From Callorhinchus milii (lineage: Eukaryota), in assembly GCF_018977255.1 (NCBI RefSeq), contig NW_024704771.1:3596001-3660000 (forward strand): DNA of 64,000 nucleotides, in the 5' to 3' direction. Position numbers and translations under genes: made by a program. The notes beneath the pieces were generated by a model. The model made no database searches, had not been told where the DNA came from, and saw only the letters and a program-made list of their open reading frames with translations. Shown piece after piece: positions 50,414 to 64,000 of the stretch. Numbering within the stretch: the first letter of the stretch is position 1; each line of letters begins with the position of its first letter.

Positions 50414-52324
50414 CAACAGGACTTTTGCGGGTGAAACGCAACAGCCAATTGCCCACCGCGGTGCGTCCACAAACAGTCGTGGATTGAATGACTCGATTTT
50501 TATTTTTGGAGGGGTTATTACCCACGGAAAAGCGATCCACCAATCGACCAACAACTGCATTTCTACTTACTGCTAGGCAAACACTGACATAATAATAGTA
50601 ATAATAATAATAATAAAAATCCTTGCATTTGATATAGCGCTTTTCACGTCTTCTCGACGTCTCAAAGCGCTTCACAGAAGAGACTGTAAAGTGAATTGAC
50701 TATACATTTGTGGGCAAAATGCGGCAGCCAATTGCACACAGCAGAGTCCCACAAACAGCCGTGGATTGAAATGACCAATATATTATTGTTTTTTTTTCTT
50801 GAGGGATTATTATTAGGCGAGTGGGGTAAGGAAACTTGCCGAAGGTTTCCCCCTGCTGGAATCAAACCTATAATAATAATAATAATATTATTAATATCCT
50901 TGCATTTGATATAGCGCTTTTCACATCGGGAGGACGTCCCAAAGCGCTTCACAGAACATACTATAAAGTGAATTGACTGTATATTTGTGGGCGAACGCGG
51001 CAGCCAATTGCGCACAGCAATGTCCCACAAACAGTCGTGGATTGAAAACGACCTATTTCTTATTCTTTTTGTTTTTGGAGGGATTATTATTAGGATTATT
51101 ATAAGTCTCTCGCTTGCAAAGCGAGCGCTCTAACCACTGAGCTACAGGACTAACGTGGAATAAGGAGACTTTACTAAGATTTCACCCCGCCCTGGAATCG
51201 AACCCGGGTCCTCTTGCTTTTGCGAGACGAGCGCTCTAACCACTACAATACAATATGGGCTCCACTGCATTTTACACGGCTGGTGGGTGTGAGGTTGCAG
51301 CGAGAAGTTTGCACCAGTTTTGTGACCATCCGGTCAGTATCTGGTGACTCGGCGACCTACAAAGTCACTGCACAACACTTCCACAGCTTAATGCGGTTCC
51401 CCTCAGAGACAAGAGAGAAACCACAACAATCAGACTCACTTGAACGGCCCAAACTTTTAAGAAATGCACCAAAAACCCAGCCTGTGTCCCAAACGCTATC
51501 TCACAACTTTTTAAGATGGAGTCCCGTAGTGTAGCGGTGTAACGCGCAAACGAGAAGATCTGGGTTCGATTCCTGGGCGGGGCAAAACCTTAGGCGAGTT
51601 TCCTTACTCCACACACGGGTCTCTGTTTACCCAACGGTCAATAGGAATCCGGTTGTTAGTCGATTGGCTTTTCCGGGGTAACAATCCCTCCCGAAAATAA
51701 ACGGCCGCTCAATCCACGATTGTTTGCGAGACACTGCTGCCGCGTTTCTCTGCCAAAATACACAGTCAGTTTACAATATAATCCTTGCATTTGATATGGA
51801 CCATCTTCCAGCCGTCTCAAAGCTCTTCACGGAATTTACTGTGAAGCGAATTGACTGTATCTTTCGTCAGCGAAGCGCGGCAGCCAATTCCGCACGGCAG
51901 TGTTCCGCCAACAGTCATGGATTGCGTGACCAATTTTTAGTTGGGGACAGATTATTACCACTGGGAAGCGATCTGCCGATCGGCTACGCTATTTACTGTC
52001 GGAAAACAGGCGTTTGGAGTCAGGAAACTCGCCTAAGGCTTTGCCCCGCCCGGCAATCAAACCCAGGTCCTCTCGCTTGAGAGATGAGTGCTCTATAACC
52101 ACTGCGCTACAGGGAGAGAGAGCGCGGCAGATTGAAGTGGAGAATGCCGACCGAGTCTGGAGGTGTGACCTTTCAACGCGCTCAGCTCACACCTATCGTG
52201 AAGGATGAATTACAAAGGACAAACCAGTCAAAACCACAACATCAAACGGTCGCATCGCTCTAAGATAACAACTTTAACAGCTTGTCGCAAACATCCTGTA
52301 ATAGCAAAATCGGTATGCTTTTTT

Positions 52325-52670
52325 TTTTTTGGTCAGCCGGGTATTTGACACATGCCCAAACTCATCGCCGCGTCTAAGATTCCCCAAACCAAGTCGAGAA
52401 TTCCGTGCGTCCCACCTGCGCCTGCAAACCCCAGGGGTAGATTATCGGAATGGAATGCGCACTCTCTCCCCGGAGGGACGCATCCTGTTTACCTAATTCC
52501 GGAGAGTATTAGGCGCAGGTTAACAAGAGCCAAGGCTTGGGAGGAGCCCAGAGTGTTCGTTGGGATAACCGCTGGAGTCTAACCGGCAGAGCCTGCCATT
52601 GATAGCACTGTGGTAAGCCTTCACCTGCCGCTTGTGAAACTAGGACCACCGTTAGGGCTTTGGTTGCAGG
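52325..52670 (-). mobile_element. Unclassified ~350-bp A-tailed interspersed repeat
   Basis: Related copies at ~12660-12990, 13425-13860, 16160-16830, 18890-19140, 37700-37930; ends GGCTGACC(A)n. Confidence 0.65.
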
Positions 52671-53109
52671 TCTAGAAACACACATAAGTGAAAGGCATTT
52701 AGCTTTCCAATTGCACACAGCAGTGTCCCACAAACAGTCTTGGATTGAAGTGAGCAGATTTTTTTTACCCCCGGAAAGCAATCCACCAATCGACTAACAA
52801 CCGGATCCCTACTTACTGCTGGATAACCAGAGGCATGTGTGTGGAGTGAGGAAACTTGCCTAAGGTTTCGCCCCGCCATGGAATCGAACCCGGGTCCACT
52901 CGTTTGCGAAGTGAGTTGCTCTAACCACTGAACTACAGGACTCCAAAGGTGTGTGTCTCTGCACAGACCCTCACCCTCACACTCCCATCGTTCATACATC
53001 TCACCAACCTCAACTTTCCATCAGCTCAGGAAGCAAAGACCACAAGCTGCAGCGTGACCGCACGTCAGAGAACTGACATACACACAAAGGATATATCACC
53101 CTCTCGCCA

Positions 53110-53572
53110 CCCCCACACACCCCCACACACACACAGTCATATCACACACACACACAGCCATAACACACACACACACACACGTGTGCACAGCCATATCACA
53201 CACACAGCCATAATGCACACACACGTGTGCACAGCCATATCACACACACAGCCATATCTCACATACGGCCATATCTCACACACAGCCGTATCACATATAC
53301 ACACACAGCCATATCACACATACAGTCGTATCACTCACACAGCCATATCACACATATACAAACACATTTCACACACAGCCATATGACACACACCGCCATA
53401 TCACACACATACATCCATATCACACACACAGCCATATCACACACACATCCATATCACACACACAGCCATATCACACACACAGCCATATCACACACACAGC
53501 CATATCACATACACAGCCATATCATACACACACACAGACACGCATTACACACACAGCCACATACACACACAT
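53110..53572. repeat. CACACAGCCATAT-type minisatellite
   Basis: Visible tandem units. Confidence 0.9.
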
Positions 53573-53589
53573 GACAAAGACACCCACAG

Positions 53590-54270
53590 ACAACAAGAAC
53601 AGCAAAATGATATTTATGTAACGCCTTTCACATCGGGGGGACATCCGAAGGCGCTGGACAGTCAGTGTTTCGGACCCGGGCTGGGGGTCCGGTTTGGAAA
53701 GGGTGGAGGGCAGGGGGGGGAAAGCAGGGTGATCAAAAGCACGGTCAAAGAAGAGGGTCTTGAGATGGGTCTTGAAGGAGGCAAAGGGGGGGGGGGGGGA
53801 GGTGGAGGCATTGCGGGATGGAGCTCCAGAGTGTAGGGGCACAGTGGCAGAAGACCTGCCCGCCAATGGTGGGGTGGGCGAGGCGGGGACATGAAGCAGG
53901 CCAGAGCCCGCTGAGAGAGCAGGATGGTAGAGGGTTAGGAGGTCGCAGAGTTAGGGGGAGCAAGACCACGGAGGGCTTTGAAGGTGAGGACCAGGATCTT
54001 GAACTGTATTCTCTGTGTAACGGGAAGCCGGTGGAGTTGTGCAAGGATGGGGGTGATAGGGTCACAGAGCCTGGTGCGGGAGAGGAAAACACAAGCTGCA
54101 GAGTTCTGGATGATCTTCAGCCTGTGGAGGGAGGAGGTCCTGGCACGGATGTGGGGTAGAAAGGATAGTTGAGGGTGAAACAAGATGCCAAGACTGGCTT
54201 AGAAAGGTGGAGTGTGCATCCACGGATGGTGATGCTGTCAGCACCTGAGGTGAGGAGATACGGGCATACA
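53590..54270 (-). mobile_element. L2 3' fragment
   Basis: FHPQLSFLPHI, IIQNSAA, QRIQFKILVLTFKAL. Confidence 0.85.
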
Positions 54271-54659
54271 GTACACGCACATAACACACACACCCTCATA
54301 CATTAGCCACACATAACACGCACACACACACACTGCCATAACACACACACACACACACAGAAAAGACCCACAGACAGAAACATATGCACACACACACATA
54401 ACATACAAGTGGACACACATAACATATATACACACACACACACAACACACGCTCAAACAAAACACACATAAAAACATATAGAGGAGGACTCACAGATAGA
54501 AAGACACACACACACACAGACACACACAGAACAGTTAGATACACAAAGACAGACTCACACACACAGACACACGCACTCACTTACGGACACACACACACAT
54601 CACATACATGTACAGACACACAGAAACAGAAACAGAAGCACAGGCACAGACATACTGAT

Positions 54660-54690
<31 letters not shown>

Positions 54691-55449
54691 CCAATCTTGT
54701 GATATTGTGAAGAGCCTTAGTTTGTCTAATCATTGCTCACAGCTCTTTCCTCTATCAATGGGGATCATCCTCATCCCCAGGGCCTGGGCTGATCTCTCAA
54801 AAAAACACAAAATAATAATAATAATGTGGTCACCCTGACTGTTTGTGGGGCGCTGCTGTGTGCAATTGGCTGCCAAGTTTCGTCCGCAAAATACAGAGTC
54901 ACTACACTTTACAGTGTATTCTACTGAGAGATCTCAATGACGTGATAAGGTGCTGTAACAAAGGCAGGGATTATGATGATGCTCAGCATCCTGTTTGCCG
55001 TGGCTCCGACTGCCTCACACGCCGCGGACGCGGTGAGTGATTGACAGCCACACAAGGTTTGAGTGGGTGACGTGTAGAGAGGATGATGGTTCCTCTCCGA
55101 CCTGCTTACTCCCCAACCCACAGCCCTCTGGCTCCGGCCTCCTGTTCGTGCCTCGTCCCCTCCGCTCCCATCGTCGGTGGCCGCGCTTTCAGCCTCTACA
55201 TCCTGAAGCTTTGGTACTCTCGCCCTCAGCCCCTCCGCCCTGACCCCCCCCACCCTCCCGCCTTTCAAATCCCGTCCAAAGACCTTCCTCCCTCCTTCCC
55301 TACCCCCAACACACCCCACCGCCACCCCCCCACCGCCACCCCCGGCTCGGTGTTTTGCTCCACCACCACTCCGGGACACTGCCCTGCGTGAGGGGCGCTG
55401 TGTAAGTTGTCGTTGTTGCAAACCGGTCCACGATACGAAGCCCATTTAC

Positions 55450-55501
55450 CTGTCCACAGTTGCAAACTCTGTACCATCACAGTGACCAGCAACAACCGCA
55501 T
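55450..55501 (-). CDS. Gene A signal-peptide exon MRLLLVTVMVQSLQLWT
   Basis: Acceptor tgtgttacag at 55513, ATG 55501, CAG|GTAAAT phase-1 donor, in frame with the V exon. Confidence 0.75.
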
Positions 55502-55589
55502 GTCATCAGCTCCTGTAACACAGATCATCGGGAGTCAGGAGATACTGTACTGTGGTGTGAACTCAGTCTGCGCTTCAGTGTGCACTGTA

Positions 55590-55754
55590 AACGTGCGCGC
55601 GCGTGTGCGCGCAGCGCGTGTGCGTGCGCGCGCGTGTGGTAGCCACCACGGGATATGTATGAGCGTGTGTGTATGTGTGTGTTTGTGCGCGCGTGTGTGA
55701 TAGCCACCACAGTGTCTGTATGTGTGTGTGTGTGTGTGCATCTATGTCTGTGTG

Positions 55755-55785
<31 letters not shown>

Positions 55786-56965
55786 ATGGGTTTGTGTGGG
55801 TTTGTGCATGAGTGTGTGTCTGTGCATGCGTGTGAGTGTGTGTGTGTGTATGTGTTGTGACCCTCACACCCCCCGCCCCCCCCCCACACCCGCATCCTCG
55901 CCCGACTGCCCTGGTTTCCCATCACAGTGGACACAGTTCAAGATCCTGGTCCTCCCCTCCAAAGCCCTCCATGGCCTTTCTCCCCCCAACAGCTGCGACC
56001 TCCTAACCCCCCACATCCCGTTCACTCCCTCCACTCAGCGGCCCCCCGGCCTCCATCACGTCCCCCACCTCGTCCGCCCCACCGTTGGCAGCTGGGCCTT
56101 CTGCCCCCACCCTCTGGAACTCCATCCCGCAGTCCCTCCGTCTCGCCCCCTCCCTCGCCTCCTTCAAGACCCACCTCAAGACCCTCCTCTTCGACCGTGC
56201 TTTCGATCTCTCTGATTTCCCCCCCCACCCCCCCCCCCGCCTGTGGCCCTCCACCCTCCCCAATCCCGACCCCCAGCTCGGGTCTCAAACTCGGACTGTC
56301 CAGCGCCTCGGGACGTCCTCCCAATGTGAAAGGAGCTGCACACGTGTAATTTTGTTGTTGTTATTGTGTTTGTGTGGATGTCTTTTGAGTCTGTTTGTAT
56401 GTCTCTGTGAATGTGTGTGCGCACGTACATATCTGTGCGCGTATCTGTATGCGGGTGCATGCGTNNNNNNNNNNNNNNNNNNNNNNNNNNNNNNNNNNNN
56501 NNNNNNNNNNNNNNNNNNNNNNNNNNNNNNNNNNNNNNNNNNNNNNNNNNNNNNNNNNNNNNNNNNNNNNNNNNNNNNNNNNNNNNNNNNNNNNNNNNNN
56601 NNNNNNNNNNNNNNNNNNNNNNNNNNNCCATGGTGTGTGTATCTGTGTGTGAGAGTGTGTGTGTGCAGACGGACACTCACAAAGACACACACTTACAGAC
56701 AATCACACACACACACATACAGACGTTCACACACACCCACACACACAGACACTCATACACACAGTCACACACATAGACACTCACACCCACACATACTGAC
56801 ACACACAGACGCACACACTCAGATACACACTCACACACACAACCACACACATAGACACTCACGCGAGCATATACACATACACACGCGCGCGCAGACACAT
56901 ACACACACACACACACACGCGCTCGCCCATACAGACATATACGCGCGAACGCACACGCACGGAGA
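55590..56965. repeat. (GT)/(CA) microsatellite tracts around an L2 3' fragment (55860-56365) and a gap (56465-56627)
   Basis: Visible. Confidence 0.85.
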
Positions 56966-59268
56966 CATACAAACAGGCTCAACAGCCACCCACACAAGCA
57001 CAACAGCAACAAGAAAATTACACGCGTGTAGCTTTCACGCCGGGAGGGCACGGCCTGCGACGGAGTGGGGGTCATTTCAGAATCTGCCGACACCCTACGG
57101 CAGGGAGCGAGCAGTTAAACTCATGGATTATGGACCCGGCTCCGCGGGGAGACGGTGGAAGCAGCGAATGTCGCTCGTTTCAAGAACAAATTAGGTGGAT
57201 TTCTGCTCGAAAATAATCCCTCGGGAGACAGCGTTTGGTACAGGGCTTTGGGACACGACGTGTCAAGCGACTGCCGGTGAACTTGATGGACCCCGGTCTT
57301 CTTTCGCCAGCAAATTCTTACGTTCCTCCGCACTGTTTGCCGTGAGCGAGAGAGAACGGCCGCCCCTCCCCACACCCCCCCCCCCCACCCACATCCTCTG
57401 GCAATTAACCGCTTGCATTCCTCCAGGCTCTTTCCTCGATCCTCTCCTCTCCAACATTCCTCTTTTTTTTGCGACGTTTCGCCCACAAAGAAACAGGCTT
57501 CGCGATAACTTCTGCAAAGCCCTTTGCCACGTCTCGAAGATTGCGATAAGGCGCTTCGTCAAATACAAGGGTTGTTATTATTTCATCTGCAGAGATGGGG
57601 GTCTACTTCCACACGTAGGGGATGACACCCAACTCCACCCCTCTGCCTCCATCACGTCCCCCAAGACCAAGGCTCTCCTGACCGGCTCCCATCAACGCCT
57701 TCAGTTCGACCAAGCCTTTGCTCACCCTCCTACCCTTGCCCTACGTGCCGTCCAGCCCTCCTGATCCCAAGCCCCAGCTCGGGGTCCAAATCCCCGACTG
57801 TCCAGCGCCTTGGGACGCCCTCCCGACGTGAAAAATCAAATGTCATTTGTTGTTGTTGTTGTTGTTGATGACGTTCTCACACGATTCTCCATATTCCAAT
57901 TGATTCTGAATTTATTCAGCAGCACGGTGAGCGGATAATAATAATAATAATAATCCTTGTATTTGATATCGCACTTTATCCAAGACGTCTCAAAGCGCTT
58001 CACAGGATACACTGTAAAGCGAATTTACTGTATATTTTGTGGGCAAAACGCGGCAAGTAATTGTAATGTAATAGTAATTCTTGTGTTTGATATAGCGCCT
58101 TATCGCGTCTTCGAGACGTCCCAAAGCACTTCACTTAAGCGAATTGGCTGTGTGTATTGTGGGCGAAACACGGGAGCCAATTCCACACAACAGTGTCCCA
58201 CAGACATAATTGTGCACAAAGGTGTCCCACAAAAAGTCGTTGATCGAGTGGCCAAATTTTTTTTTGGGGGGGGGGCCGTGATTATTATCCTCGGAAAGCG
58301 ATCCACCAATCGACTAATAACTAAGCAGTAAAAATATGAAGAGATGACAGTTGGGGAGGGAGAGAGAGAGAGAGAGAGAGAAAATGGGATTAATAAACTT
58401 GGTAATTTGATAAAACTGGGAGTGGTGGCACGGACACAGTGGGACGAATGGCCTCCTTCTGTGTCGAAAATGTGGGTTCAACAACATCAGGACTTGGGAA
58501 TCGCACAGTCTAAGCTGTGCGTAAATTGGCCGCCACGTTTTGCCCACAAAACACCCAGTCACTACACTTTACATCCTCCTGAGGTGAAAAGCGGTAATAC
58601 CAAGTGTAAGGAATACTGTTATCTATGTTTCTGTCTATTTATCTAACCAATGATTTGGCCGTCAACTTGCTTGTCTCTCTGTCTATCGATATATCTATTC
58701 TATCTCACGCGGATAATAACAACAGTAATAATAATCCTTGCATTTTCACGGAATACATTGTAAAGCGTTTCACAGAATTAGTGTAAAGTAAATTGCCGTT
58801 GAGGGCAAAACACGGCAGACAATTGCACGCAGCAGCGTCCCACAAACAGTCGTGGATTGAGTCACCAATTCATAATTATTTTATGAGGGGACTGTTGCCC
58901 CCGGAAAAGTGATCCGGCAATCGACTAACAACCGGGGTCCTGCTTACTGCCGGGTAAACAGAGGCGTTCGGAGTGAGGCAACTTGCCAAAGGGGAATCGA
59001 ACCCGGGTCCTCTCGCTTACAAGGCGAGCGCTCTAACCAGTGCGGGACTCCGTGCAACCTACGAAGTCAATGGCTTAGCGCAGGTCATTGGCGCCAGCAA
59101 CTGAATTATCCTGTTAGACTAACCTTTATACTGCACAACGTGCCCCAGTGCAGTGGCGGAGACGGAGGACTCCGGTGAGCAGCTCGGCTTCGCTCAGGAA
59201 CTCTCCGCGTGACAATGGGCTTTGTCTGCCCACATCCTCTCCATCGTCTCTGTGCAGCTGCCACTCAC

Positions 59269-59319
59269 CACAACCTATCGCCAGTGACGCTATGGAATAG
59301 TGTGTGTCAGTCTGTGTCC
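59269..59319 (-). other. Candidate upstream (5' UTR) exon of gene A
   Basis: gtgtctctcag acceptor, GTG|GTGAGT donor, 51 nt, no ATG. Confidence 0.4.
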
Positions 59320-60409
59320 CTGAGAGACACCGCACGACAAGCCAAAGAGCAGGGGGTGACGGGCACGTGAGAGAACTGCGGAGAGCATAGCAACAGAATA
59401 GACTGTAAAGTGAATGGACTGTATGTTTGTGGGCGAACGCGGCAGCCGAGGCGAGTGCTCTAACCACTGAGCTACGGGACTCTGATCTGCAGCTCAACTC
59501 CATCTACTTGCCTTTGCCCCATATCCCTTGATCCCCTGACCCCAATAAACATCTATCCACCTCAATCTGGATGGTGTGAAGGGATCCAGTCATAATCCGC
59601 AGCCTTTTGGGGGGGGAGAGAATTCCAGTTTTCCAGTACCCTTTGTTGTGAAAAAGTGCTTTCCTGATTTCACTTTTGTCGAGACGTCTCAAAGCGCTTC
59701 ATGAAACATACTGTAAAGTGTAGTGACTGTGTATTTTGTGGGCGAAGCAGGGCGGCCAATTGCACACAGCGGTGTCCCACAGATAGTCGAGTGGATTGAG
59801 TGACCAAATTATTATTATTTATTTATTGGGGGGGGATTATTACCGCTGGGAAAGCGATCGTCTAACAACCAGACTTACCTCCTACTTACTGCTGCGTACG
59901 CAGAGGTGTGTGGAGTAAGGAAACTTGCCTGAGGTTTCGCCCCACCCGGGAATCGAACCCGGGTCCCCTCGCTTGCGAGAGGTGAGTGCGGAAACCACCG
60001 AGCAATAGGGCTCCAAGCAAAGACCCTCTGCTATCTTCATTTCAGCTCAATGCACAAGGTGCTTGCGGGACACTGGCTGCCGTGTGTCGCCCGAAAAAAA
60101 CACACAGTCACTACGCCTTCCAGAATTTCCTGTGAAGCGCTTTGAGGCATCTCAATGACGTGATAATGAGGCGCTATGTCAAATGCAAGGAATATTACTG
60201 TTAAGTGTTGCCCTAAGATACCCTTTGAGCATTAACCCACAGGAGATGGCAACAACTCTCCGCACAAACAGTGAATTATCTTATACTCACTTTAATAATA
60301 CAGTAATAACTTATCTGTTATTCTAATAATGAATCCTTGTTTATGAACCAGCGCTTTCACACCTGAACGTCACCACACGTTACAGGGAATCACTGTCAAG
60401 TGTAGTTAC

Positions 60410-61160
60410 TGGCTTGTGTGCGCGTGTGTGTTGTCCGTGTGTATGTACGTCTGCATGTGTTTCTGTGTGTGTATATGCGTGTGTGTAGGTCTCCGTGTGT
60501 ATCTCTGTGTGGGTGTGGGTCTGTGTGTGCATCTTTGTGTGGGTCTGCGTGTGTGTGGGTCTGCGTGTGTATCTCTGTGTGGGGTCTGCGTGTGTATCTG
60601 TGTGTGTGTAGGGTGGGAGGTCTGCGTGTGTATCTGTGTGTGTGTAGGGGGGAGGTCTGCGTGTGTATCTGTGTGTGTGTAGGGGGGAGGTCTGCATGTG
60701 TATCTGTGTGTGTGTGTAGGGGGGGAGGTCTGCGTGTGTATCTGTGTGTGTGGGTCTGCGTGTGTATCTGTGTGTGTGTGTGTGTAGGAGGGGAGGTCTG
60801 CGTGTGTATCTGTGTGTGTGTGTGTATCTGTGTGTGTGTGGGTCTGCGTGTGTATCTGTGTGTGTGTAGGGGGGAGGTCTGCGTGTGTATCTGTGTGTGT
60901 GTAGGAGGGGAGGTCTGCGTGTGTATCTGTGTGTGTGTGGGTCTGTGTGTGTATCTGTGTGTGAGTGTAGGAGCGGAGGTCTGCGTGTGTATCTGTGTGT
61001 GTGTGGGTCTGCGTGTGTATCTGTGTGTGTGTAGGGGGGAGGTTTGCGTGTGTATCTGTGTGTGTGTGTGTGTATCTGTGTGTGTGGGTCTGCGTGTGTA
61101 TCTGTGTGTGTGGGTCTGCGTGTGTATCTGTGTGTGTGTGTGGGTCTGCGTGTGTAGGTG
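60410..61160. repeat. GT-rich minisatellite (GTGTGTATCTGTGTGTGTGT...GGTCTGC units)
   Basis: Visible tandem units. Confidence 0.92.
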
Positions 61161-61455
61161 AAAAGGCAGCGTGAGATGTTGATTTAATGATGATGGGCAG
61201 GTGGCGTTGGAGAAACACATGTAAGTATGTTGATACACCGCCCCGGGCCGGGCCGGGCCGGGCCGGGCCTGACTTGGCAAACACAGCGCACAGCTCCGGC
61301 CAAGAATCTCTCCATTCACAGACAAGACTCGACGGTCTCCCACTGACGACGATCACTCTGCATTCACATCAAAAACAAGTTCCTCAGCAAATGAATGAAT
61401 AGTTCGGCTCTTTCACACCACCGCAGGGCAGGGAGAGCAACACACGCCACAGCCA

Positions 61456-62154
61456 NNNNNNNNNNNNNNNNNNNNNNNNNNNNNNNNNNNNNNNNNNNNN
61501 NNNNNNNNNNNNNNNNNNNNNNNNNNNNNNNNNNNNNNNNNNNNNNNNNNNNNNNNNNNNNNNNNNNNNNNNNNNNNNNNNNNNNNNNNNNNNNNNNNNN
61601 NNNNNNNNNNNNNNNNNNNNNNNNNNNNNNNNNNNNNNNNNNNNNNNNNNNNNNNNNNNNNNNNNNNNNNNNNNNNNNNNNNNNNNNNNNNNNNNNNNNN
61701 NNNNNNNNNNNNNNNNNNNNNNNNNNNNNNNNNNNNNNNNNNNNNNNNNNNNNNNNNNNNNNNNNNNNNNNNNNNNNNNNNNNNNNNNNNNNNNNNNNNN
61801 NNNNNNNNNNNNNNNNNNNNNNNNNNNNNNNNNNNNNNNNNNNNNNNNNNNNNNNNNNNNNNNNNNNNNNNNNNNNNNNNNNNNNNNNNNNNNNNNNNNN
61901 NNNNNNNNNNNNNNNNNNNNNNNNNNNNNNNNNNNNNNNNNNNNNNNNNNNNNNNNNNNNNNNNNNNNNNNNNNNNNNNNNNNNNNNNNNNNNNNNNNNN
62001 NNNNNNNNNNNNNNNNNNNNNNNNNNNNNNNNNNNNNNNNNNNNNNNNNNNNNNNNNNNNNNNNNNNNNNNNNNNNNNNNNNNNNNNNNNNNNNNNNNNN
62101 NNNNNNNNNNNNNNNNNNNNNNNNNNNNNNNNNNNNNNNNNNNNNNNNNNNNNN
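61456..62154. other. Assembly gap
   Basis: N run. Confidence 1.
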
Positions 62155-62249
62155 TGCGCACCCACACACCACATACACACACACCACATACTCACAGGGA
62201 GACCCTGATACCTACCATCCACCTGGTGAGCCGAACCCACACTTGTCAC

Positions 62250-62605
62250 ATGTTACATACACTTCAGGGGAATTAGGGGGATCTTATTGAAACATATAAG
62301 ATTCTTAAAGGGCTGATAAAGTAGACACTGAGGGTCTGTTTCCCCTGGAAGGAGAATCTATAACCAGGGGTCACAGTTTTAAAATTAAGGGTCAGCCTTT
62401 TAGAACAGAGTTGAGGAAACATTTCTTCACTCAGAGGGCAGTGACTTTATGGAATTCACAAGGCTGAGACTGATAGATTTTTAAAAAATAGAGGGATTGG
62501 GGGATATGGAGATACGGCAGGTAATTAGAGTTAGGTCAGAAGATCAGCCATGAGCTTATCGAATGGCGGGGAAGGCTCGAGGGGCCAAATGGCCTTCTCC
62601 TGCTC
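62250..62605 (+). mobile_element. CR1 3' end
   Basis: GDLIETYKILKG, FFTQR motifs; TTCTTATGTTCTT tail. Confidence 0.88.
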
Positions 62606-64000
62606 CTAGTTCTTATGTTCTTAAACAACCAACTGGTGTCTACTGGGGGGAGGTAAACGGGGTCCTTGGAGTTGAACTGGCTCCAAGGTGACATTAGAAT
62701 ACATTGGAATATACAGCATAGAAACAGGCCATTCGGCCCAACTGGTCTACACCGGTGTTTATGCTCCACGTGAGCCTCCTCCTGCCCTCCCTCAACGAAG
62801 CCTTTAAGCAGAACCTTCTATGTTTAGCAATGTGTGGAATGTGGGAATCGAGTCGGGCCTCTGTGAGGGTCTCTAGTCCGGTTCCTGAATCAGTCGGGTC
62901 CACAGTATTCCAGGGCACTCACTGCTGATGACAGCACAGCCCGGCCTGGAAGGACAGACCAGACCCTGCGGGCAGGGAATCCTCCCACTCAACTCCTTGT
63001 TAACCCTGAGCCAAAGCTCTAACTAACAGGTGGGGGGGGGGGGGGGGAGGGTGTGTGTGGTCCTGGCCGGACAAGCAGCGGGAAAGCTCTCCTGGGTGAG
63101 GAACCGTGCCTAAGGTCTCGCCTAACCCGGGAATTGAACTCGGGTCCTTTCGCTTGCGAGGCGAGTGCACGAAGCACTACGTCTACACGACTCCATTTCA
63201 ACCGCTCTGTCTTCTCCCTTCACACCAACTGCCTGTCAGACATCCCGTCCTGGATGAGAGGGAACTTTCTAAAAATTGTCACATCGGCTTTGAAATTAAA
63301 TATCCTCGTTTATAAATAGCTCAGGAACCAGAACACTGAGACCAACAGAGGGCTGACTTCATAACCTCATTCCATTCCCAACCACATCATCAACCGACTC
63401 AGCTCCAAGGAAACCCCACTTAACCCCTACCCCCACCCCCACCTTGGTCCCCGCAGACCTTTTCTCTCTCTGGTCTGCCTATTTTATTGAAATCTTCCCC
63501 CCCACCAACACCCCCCCACCCCCCACCCCCAACCCATCCCCAATTAACAGCTCTATTCTCCTGCTTTGTTGCAATCCCCCTCTGTGTTTGGCATCATTAA
63601 CACCTCTTTAACCCATCACCCCCCCCCCCGTCCTCTACCCCATTTCCTCCGTGTCTTCCTTGCCCTGCCTGCCCCCCACTTCTCTGTCAGCCCCTAAAAA
63701 GCCTCTCCCTCCCAACACGCCCCAGGTCTGACGAAGGGTCGTGGACCTGAAACGTTGACTCACTTTCCTTTCTCCGTAGATGCGGCCCTGACCTGCTGGG
63801 TGTTCCCAGCGACTTCTGCTTTTGGTTTTCATGATAATCCTTGCATTTGATACGGCGCCTTATCACGTCTTCGATACCTCTCAAAGCGCTTCACAGAATA
63901 TACCGTGCAGTGAATTGACTGTGTACTCTGCGGGCGAAACGCGGCAATCAATTGCCCACAGCGGCGGCCCGCAAACAGTCGTCGATCAAGTGACCAAATT

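Noticed and set aside
52930-53100. TATA-like element and GTGAG donors as gene A first exon (MYERWECE)
   Set aside because: No signal peptide; 55450-55501 is a far better leader
60396-62276. 300-aa His/Thr or Val/Cys ORFs and X-filled ORFs
   Set aside because: Minisatellite translation and N gaps

Overview
Repeat-saturated vertebrate genomic DNA, very probably from a cartilaginous fish (inferred from Deu-type tRNA SINEs with L2 tails, many L2 and CR1 fragments, and no L1/Alu). Most long ORFs in the supplied track are repeat artefacts; the real genes are multi-exon and were assembled by hand from GT-AG boundaries. Two tandem minus-strand Ig-superfamily genes with HEPACAM/CEACAM-like ectodomains (V domain lacking the canonical disulfide + C2 domain) dominate the window. 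Gene A (55501->~43007) is single-pass with a YEN tyrosine motif. Gene B (38454->23007; 9 coding exons, all phase-1 introns, 428 aa) joins the same ectodomain to FIVE transmembrane segments, each on its own exon: a CD47-like membrane module I do not recognise on a HEPACAM-like ectodomain, and the main finding. Intron 1 of gene B holds an antisense, intronless CD55/CD46-like (4 CCP) retrocopy joined head-to-head to a CR1 tail. The left end has a CpG-island promoter with a signal-peptide first exon (gene runs off the window) beside a 2.6-kb minisatellite. There are also putative small plus-strand spliced genes, an old inverted duplication, a recently duplicated SINE+CR1+L2 chimera, microsatellites and three assembly gaps. 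All homology calls come from motif recognition, not from database searches.
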